Assembly (NCBI GenBank): GCA_038064195.1
Contig: JBBTTO010000002.1
Coordinates: 76,981-140,980 of the forward strand
From: Patescibacteria group bacterium
GTDB taxonomy: Bacteria > Patescibacteriota > Microgenomatia > Levybacterales > UBA12049
DNA: 64,000 nt
Direction: 5' to 3'
Position numbers and translations under genes: made by a program. This document shows positions 59,313-64,000 of this stretch, piece after piece (the stretch's first letter is position 1; every line of letters starts with the position of its first letter). The notes beneath the pieces were generated by a model that saw only the letters and a program-made list of their open reading frames with translations, made no database searches and was not told the origin of the DNA.

Positions 59313-59404
59313 GGAGGAGTCGCATAGCTTGGTCCATTGCGGAGGGTTGCTATCCCTCTGAGCTTTTAAAAGGGCTCGCGCAGGTTCAAATCCTGTCTCC
59401 TCCG
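59313..59404 (+). tRNA. tRNA-Ser (anticodon GCU), long variable arm
   Basis: Acceptor ggaggag/ctcctcc, anticodon stem gaggg/ccctc with loop ttGCTat, variable arm gagcttttaaaagggctc, T-arm gcagg-ttcaaat-cctgt. Confidence 0.75.
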
Positions 59405-59415
59405 CAGTTTAGATA

Positions 59416-62127
59416 TTAGGCGAAGTTGCCAGCAGTGGCCTCAAAGATGTCTGTTGCATTATTTGCAGCAATGACACCAAGGGTTCTTGCTCCGAAGGCC
59501 ATATTATATAGGACACCATGGGTTCCGAGCTTGCGATGTATCCAGCCACGGAGTTGTAAGCTTTTTTCGCGTGCTTCTCTTCCTTGTTTTTTGACCTCTT
59601 CAGTTGAAGTTTGGTATTGGGCTAGTCGTTGTGAGGTATATTGCCAAAGATTATATTTGCGTTGCTTTTCTGCGACATTGTCTTCGCTCTCTCTTACCCA
59701 TTCTCCCTCGGCTTTATTAACTGCTGTTTTCAAAGCGTCTTCATTTTTATTTCTCTCCTCAACAAGTCGTTTGAGCTGCTTGATAAGCATCATTTGTTTG
59801 CCAAGCTCAGTGAATTTCTCCCGAATAGCTTTCATGCGCCCTATTTCTTGTCCTTCAACCGCTACACCATTAAAAATCCCTTGCATGAGATTACGATCGT
59901 ATTTTTCTTGAGCATCGGAGTAGGTAAATCCTTGTTGCTCAGCCATCTTTTTCTGATAATCAATCATAGTCTCTGTTGCATCTTCGCCTTTGCTCATTTG
60001 CTCATAAGCTTGATCTTCTAATCCTTGAAGCTCGGCTTTTCTTGCGGCAGCAATCTCTACAGGTGTCCTTGTCTCAACATCCGGGATATCTTCATCCTCT
60101 TTACCCATGAGAACTGCTTTTCGTTCTTCGGTCATAGGTTGTCCTGCCTTTAATTCCTCGAGCACTCTTTGTCGTCTGGCCTCAGGGCTTTGTCCAAGCG
60201 CGCTGCGTTCGCCCAGAGCAGTAGTGAGTCGGGATGTTTGTTCAGCGCTAAGAGGACCTTGCTTGGATGCCTCCGTTAAATCAGCAATTTCTTTATCAAG
60301 TCTCTGTCGTGCTTCTTGTCGTTGGGCTTCATCTACTGGTTGCGCGGCGCGAGCCTCAGGTGATCCAGGGGGTCTAAATTCAGCTCTGGTTTTATTTTTT
60401 AGGTCATCGATTTCACGTTGGCGGAGCTGACGAGCTTCCTCAATTGTGGCAACTGGTCTCTTGAGGCTGGGATCATACTCCTGCCTAGATAAGACATCCT
60501 GGTCAGTACTATTTTGTAGCGTGACGAGACGTTGAGCGTTCAATGGATAATTGGTTCTATTTTCTGCTAAGAGTTGATCTGCCTGTAATTGGGTTATCTC
60601 ACCAGCTTTTACTCTATCTTGAAGCGTGGGAGTCACATCGTTACGCGCGACTGCCTCAGCGTGGGCCTGGCGTGCCTCTGGAGTTCCACGGTCGACTAGA
60701 GGTGTAGTTTGAGGTCGGGCAGCCTGACCACGTCTTTCTCGTTGCGTTAGTCTTCGAGATCCTCGTATTTCTCCAAGAGCACTTTTAGCGGCAGTGACTG
60801 TTCCAGGTTCTGAGTCAGCGGGAGCCACGACAGAAGCTGCTTCAGGAGCAGGAGTCGGTCCTCCAGCCGGAGCGGTTTGAATAGTATTGGAATCTAAGCT
60901 TATTCCTTGATCCAGATCTTCAACTAACTGCGGTTGAGTTGTAGCAGGACTCGGGCTAGTATCTGAAGTAGTAGCATTACCTGCCTCATTATCGTTAGTG
61001 GATGGTTCTGCGGTTGCACCATCTTCTGCTGCTACTACCGGAGGCGCTTCTGTCACTGGAACAGTTCCTGCGTCTGGCGTCGTAGTTGGTGCAGATGTTT
61101 CTTTTACAGCTTCAGTGTCTTCTGTAGATGCCGCGTCTCTTGGTGCTGGGGTTTCTGTTGGAGGAACTACTGTAGACTCATTATTCGGTGCAGCTTCCGG
61201 AGGGGGTGTAGTTGTCTCTGCAGCAGGATTTCCAAACTGCCCCAAACGGCGATGTTTTCGAACGCCTTGCACAGGGACTCCTCCTTCTACTGGAGTGTTG
61301 AGTGGGGAAGCGACTGGATTCACATCTGCGGTTTCACCGGAGGGAGCAATAGGAGCATTGTCCGTCGTAGTCTCAGCGCCTGTCAGGACTGTGGCTGTTG
61401 TCGGGGTCTCAGTTGTTGCTGCCGGGACTGTCGTCGTGTCAGTAGCTGTTGATTGATCTTCCCCTCTCCGCCTGAAAAGTCCTCTAACCTTATTGATTCC
61501 AGATTCGGCGAGGCTTGGTTGGCGGGGGACAGTACGCGTATCCAGAGGACCGGGAGGGATATTGTCAAGCTCAGCCTGCTGTTGGGAAGTCATAGTAAAG
61601 GTAGGTCCGGGTTGAACAGGGCTATTCGTACGATTGTTAATAGCTGTTCTTAGCATGCTTGGTTGGTGAGGAGCATCAGTTAATGGCGTATGGATATTAT
61701 CAAGCGCAGCTTGTTCTTCTGCTGAGAGAGTATATTGAGGTCCAGGGAGAGTCTCTCGTTTTTGAGCTAGTGGCTGACTATCCTTTACAGATAGTCGTTG
61801 CCTCTGGGTAGCTTCAACGGCTGCTTGGGAAGAGCCATTGAGAGCAGCATCTTCGGCTATGATATCTCTATCAGCTGTAGTCTCTCGAGGGCCGGCGAGG
61901 ATACTTGCACTTCGGGGGTCTAAGTCAGAATTAGATTGTCCAACAGATCCTAAATCCGAAGCATTGGCCAGTTCACTGACTGCTTTATGAGCACTGCCCA
62001 TACCACCGAGCGTGTCGGCTGCAACGTCAAAAGGGTTTTTAGTAGAGCTATTAGTTCCACTACCTTCTAACTTTCCAGCTTCTGCTCCTTGGTTTTTTAC
62101 GCCTGATTCTGTATCTCCAGCTGCCAT
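59416..62127 (-). CDS. Large (903 aa) low-complexity Thr/Pro/Ala/Glu-rich protein with a coiled-coil C-terminal half; hypothetical
   Basis: A long ORF with strongly biased composition (TTTPDAGT, APPVVAAEDGA) and then charged heptad-like segments. Confidence 0.45.
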   Translation of the reverse strand: MAAGDTESGVKNQGAEAGKLEGSGTNSSTKNPFDVAADTLGGMGSAHKAVSELANASDLGSVGQSNSDLDPRSASILAGPRETTADRDIIAEDAALNGSSQAAVEATQRQRLSVKDSQPLAQKRETLPGPQYTLSAEEQAALDNIHTPLTDAPHQPSMLRTAINNRTNSPVQPGPTFTMTSQQQAELDNIPPGPLDTRTVPRQPSLAESGINKVRGLFRRRGEDQSTATDTTTVPAATTETPTTATVLTGAETTTDNAPIAPSGETADVNPVASPLNTPVEGGVPVQGVRKHRRLGQFGNPAAETTTPPPEAAPNNESTVVPPTETPAPRDAASTEDTEAVKETSAPTTTPDAGTVPVTEAPPVVAAEDGATAEPSTNDNEAGNATTSDTSPSPATTQPQLVEDLDQGISLDSNTIQTAPAGGPTPAPEAASVVAPADSEPGTVTAAKSALGEIRGSRRLTQRERRGQAARPQTTPLVDRGTPEARQAHAEAVARNDVTPTLQDRVKAGEITQLQADQLLAENRTNYPLNAQRLVTLQNSTDQDVLSRQEYDPSLKRPVATIEEARQLRQREIDDLKNKTRAEFRPPGSPEARAAQPVDEAQRQEARQRLDKEIADLTEASKQGPLSAEQTSRLTTALGERSALGQSPEARRQRVLEELKAGQPMTEERKAVLMGKEDEDIPDVETRTPVEIAAARKAELQGLEDQAYEQMSKGEDATETMIDYQKKMAEQQGFTYSDAQEKYDRNLMQGIFNGVAVEGQEIGRMKAIREKFTELGKQMMLIKQLKRLVEERNKNEDALKTAVNKAEGEWVRESEDNVAEKQRKYNLWQYTSQRLAQYQTSTEEVKKQGREAREKSLQLRGWIHRKLGTHGVLYNMAFGARTLGVIAANNATDIFEATAGNFA

Positions 62128-62128
62128 A

Positions 62129-62455
62129 TTATTTGTCTTGAGCTATTTGGATAGCTTGATCGATCTCTCCTTTCTTTAAGTGGACTCGCATTTTCTCAAT
62201 AAGCACGCTTTTTTGTTGTTCAGTATGGAATGCATCAATAAATTCTGCTAAGTGACCGAACTGCTCCCGCATTCGTACAAAGTTGCCAATCTTTTGTTTG
62301 GCGTCTTCAAATGATGCGAAAGGTTCCATCTCAAGAAATTTTTTTGCTAAGTCCTGAGCTGTCGGGAAATCAATTGTTCTTTCCCTAAAACCTTCAATAA
62401 TTCTTTTTAAGAAGAGGAACTCCAATTGATTGGTAAGCTTGGGCAGATCCTCCAT
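62129..62455 (-). CDS. Hypothetical small helical protein, translationally adjacent to the 903-aa ORF
   Basis: The ORF is 108 aa and its stop is 1 nt from the upstream start. Confidence 0.35.
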   Translation of the reverse strand: MEDLPKLTNQLEFLFLKRIIEGFRERTIDFPTAQDLAKKFLEMEPFASFEDAKQKIGNFVRMREQFGHLAEFIDAFHTEQQKSVLIEKMRVHLKKGEIDQAIQIAQDK

Positions 62456-62514
62456 GCTCTTTCTAGCATAGAACAGAATCTTTCAATAAATCAAGTTTTT
62501 GTTAGACTTGAGGA

Positions 62515-63198
62515 GTGGACTTACTGAGCTTTATTTTTCCCAAGAAATGTATTAGTTGCAGGCAGTTCGGGAGCTATCTCTGTTCTGACTGTTTTGCCAG
62601 GTTAGATATGCATGTGACCCTCATCTGCGCGGTCTGCGGCCGGCAGGCGGTAAGTGGTATTACACACCCTATCTGTCGTGGTCGATATGATATCGATGGA
62701 GTATTTGCCAGCCTTGTTTATAAAGGTGTGGCCAAGAGATTAATCTATCAATTTAAGTTCGAGCCGTATCTTACCGATCTGCGTCATATCGTAGCAGATC
62801 TTTTTTATGAAGGACTTATTCAGCAAGAGGCTTTCTTTAGGATTGCTTTGGATAAGGCTGTGCTTGTCCCGGTCCCGCTTCACAGTCAGCGCGAGCGGAA
62901 TCGCGGATACAATCAGGCAGAGATATTAGCTGTCGATTTAGGTAAGAGGTTAGGCGTACCCGTTAAAGACATACTCACCCGAGTGAAGCCGACTACTTCT
63001 CAGGTTGGCAAAACTCAGAAAGAACGACGGGAAAATATCAAAGGGGTATTTCAGTTAAGGGGTACTGTTGATGCGAAAACTGTTTTGCTGGTCGATGATG
63101 TCCTCACCTCGGGTGCGACCCTCAATGAAGCAGCCAAAACTCTTAAAAAAGCAGGTGTAAAGAGTGTCTGGGGTTTGGCTTTAGCACACGGGACGTGA
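62515..63198 (+). CDS. comFC: ComF-family phosphoribosyltransferase (ComFC-like)
   Basis: An N-terminal 4-Cys zinc ribbon CISCRQ...CSDCF...CAVCG...HPICRGR is followed by a C-terminal PRTase fold VLLVDDVLTSGATL. Confidence 0.75.
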   Translation: MDLLSFIFPKKCISCRQFGSYLCSDCFARLDMHVTLICAVCGRQAVSGITHPICRGRYDIDGVFASLVYKGVAKRLIYQFKFEPYLTDLRHIVADLFYEGLIQQEAFFRIALDKAVLVPVPLHSQRERNRGYNQAEILAVDLGKRLGVPVKDILTRVKPTTSQVGKTQKERRENIKGVFQLRGTVDAKTVLLVDDVLTSGATLNEAAKTLKKAGVKSVWGLALAHGT

Positions 63199-63267
63199 TT
63201 TTGACCTCACCTCTTCCGATAACATCGGAAGGTCCTCTCCTTCAAGGAGAGGAATAAAGGGAAGAGG

Positions 63268-64000
63268 TTATTTTAGGGGTAATTGGGCGGCGACTAGAAT
63301 TCGTCCGTTACGTTTAGGCTGGTTGGTTACAGTACTATATCGATAGGAAAAAGCCTCAGGCGGATTTTTGGCGGCTAACGTATAGGTATCCACAGCCTCC
63401 GCGTGTCCATAAGCCTCAATGTTACTTCCAGGGATTCCCTGATTTTTAAGGATACTCAGTATTTTACCCAAAACATCCACCTTGATGATTTTTTCGCCGT
63501 CCAGCTCATCATCAGTTGCGAATTTCCCCCAGTAGGCTAGGTCCAGAAAGTTTTTCTCCAGCTGATCTCTGGCTTTTATAAAATAATACTTCGGGCCGAT
63601 ACTGGGTGCAATGCCTATATAAATGTTTTCAGGTTTTACCTGGTAATGCTTAAAAAGATGTTCAAGAGCAGCCTCGAGTACGCGATCGTTGATCTGAGGT
63701 CTGCCTAAATGGACAATTCCCAGTACTCGTTCAGCTGAACCGGTCACGGCTTTGATAATAGCCGTTGGGCAGTCGGCCGGTCTATGGATAAGGGGAGTAT
63801 CAGGAAGTGTTGTAAAGAGACCTTCCGCCTCAATAATCGTCGGACCAGTTGACAAAGGAGAGGCAATATCAACAATGTGAGGCAGGGTGTTCGTAGGTTT
63901 GATACTTATAAAAGATTGAGAGAGTGGAGCTAAATTGTTTTTGGCCAGGAATTTTTCCTGACGGCTCGTGATCTCCTCTCGGGTAGTATCTAAGTGAAAC
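63268..64000 (-). CDS. pgeF: PgeF/YfiH (DUF152) laccase-domain protein; 5' end runs off the window
   Basis: HRPADCPTAII resembles the YfiH TADCxPV motif, and GIVHLG resembles AHAGWRG. The track ORF starts at a TTG, and manual extension of the frame stays open to the window edge. Confidence 0.45.
   Translation of the reverse strand, partial: FHLDTTREEITSRQEKFLAKNNLAPLSQSFISIKPTNTLPHIVDIASPLSTGPTIIEAEGLFTTLPDTPLIHRPADCPTAIIKAVTGSAERVLGIVHLGRPQINDRVLEAALEHLFKHYQVKPENIYIGIAPSIGPKYYFIKARDQLEKNFLDLAYWGKFATDDELDGEKIIKVDVLGKILSILKNQGIPGSNIEAYGHAEAVDTYTLAAKNPPEAFSYRYSTVTNQPKRNGRILVAAQLPLK

Noticed and set aside
1-64000. CRISPR arrays, rRNA genes, transposases or IS elements
   Set aside because: None were seen. 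There are no regularly spaced direct repeats, no rRNA-like conserved stretches and no transposase-like ORFs.

Overview
This 64-kb window looks like a small-genome bacterium of the Patescibacteria/CPR type (possibly Saccharibacteria-like). Genes are compact and mostly housekeeping, with about 47% GC. It contains the classic replication-origin neighbourhood: rpmH-rnpA-yidD-yidC-jag divergent from dnaA-dnaN, with a perfect DnaA box upstream of dnaA and several DnaA-box-like 9-mers plus an AT-rich stretch between dnaA and dnaN. Housekeeping blocks include mutY-like/trpS, tgt, murD, comM, ruvCAB, rplY, valS, a gluconeogenic fba-fbp-pgk cluster, and envelope genes (dedA, a TerC-like protein, a DUF4012 protein, an O-antigen-ligase-like protein). 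The most distinctive region is a ~22-kb envelope locus between dnaN and a tRNA-Ser (33.4-55.4 kb). It carries a VirB4-type ATPase, a >1000-aa membrane-anchored protein with a lysozyme/transglycosylase-like C-terminal domain, four tandem paralogous pilin-like proteins (VirB2/TrbC-like topology), a VirB6-like polytopic membrane protein and giant coiled-coil or low-complexity proteins. Two genes for four-helix-bundle proteins of the 23S IVS type sit in the locus, each flanked by inverted repeats. One member of an unusual regulator pair (degenerate P-loop NTPase fused to a C-terminal OmpR-type winged helix) is also in the locus. No VirD4, relaxase or integrase is present, so the locus reads as a non-conjugative T4SS-like surface or host-interaction apparatus rather than an integrative conjugative element. 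A tRNA cluster (Arg, Ser, Arg, Ser, Ser) shows a duplicated tRNA-Ser 3' end (att-like scar) and a repeated leader carrying a partial tRNA 5' duplication ahead of two tRNA-Ser genes. All calls come from manual reading of the supplied ORF translations and raw sequence. No database searches were run.
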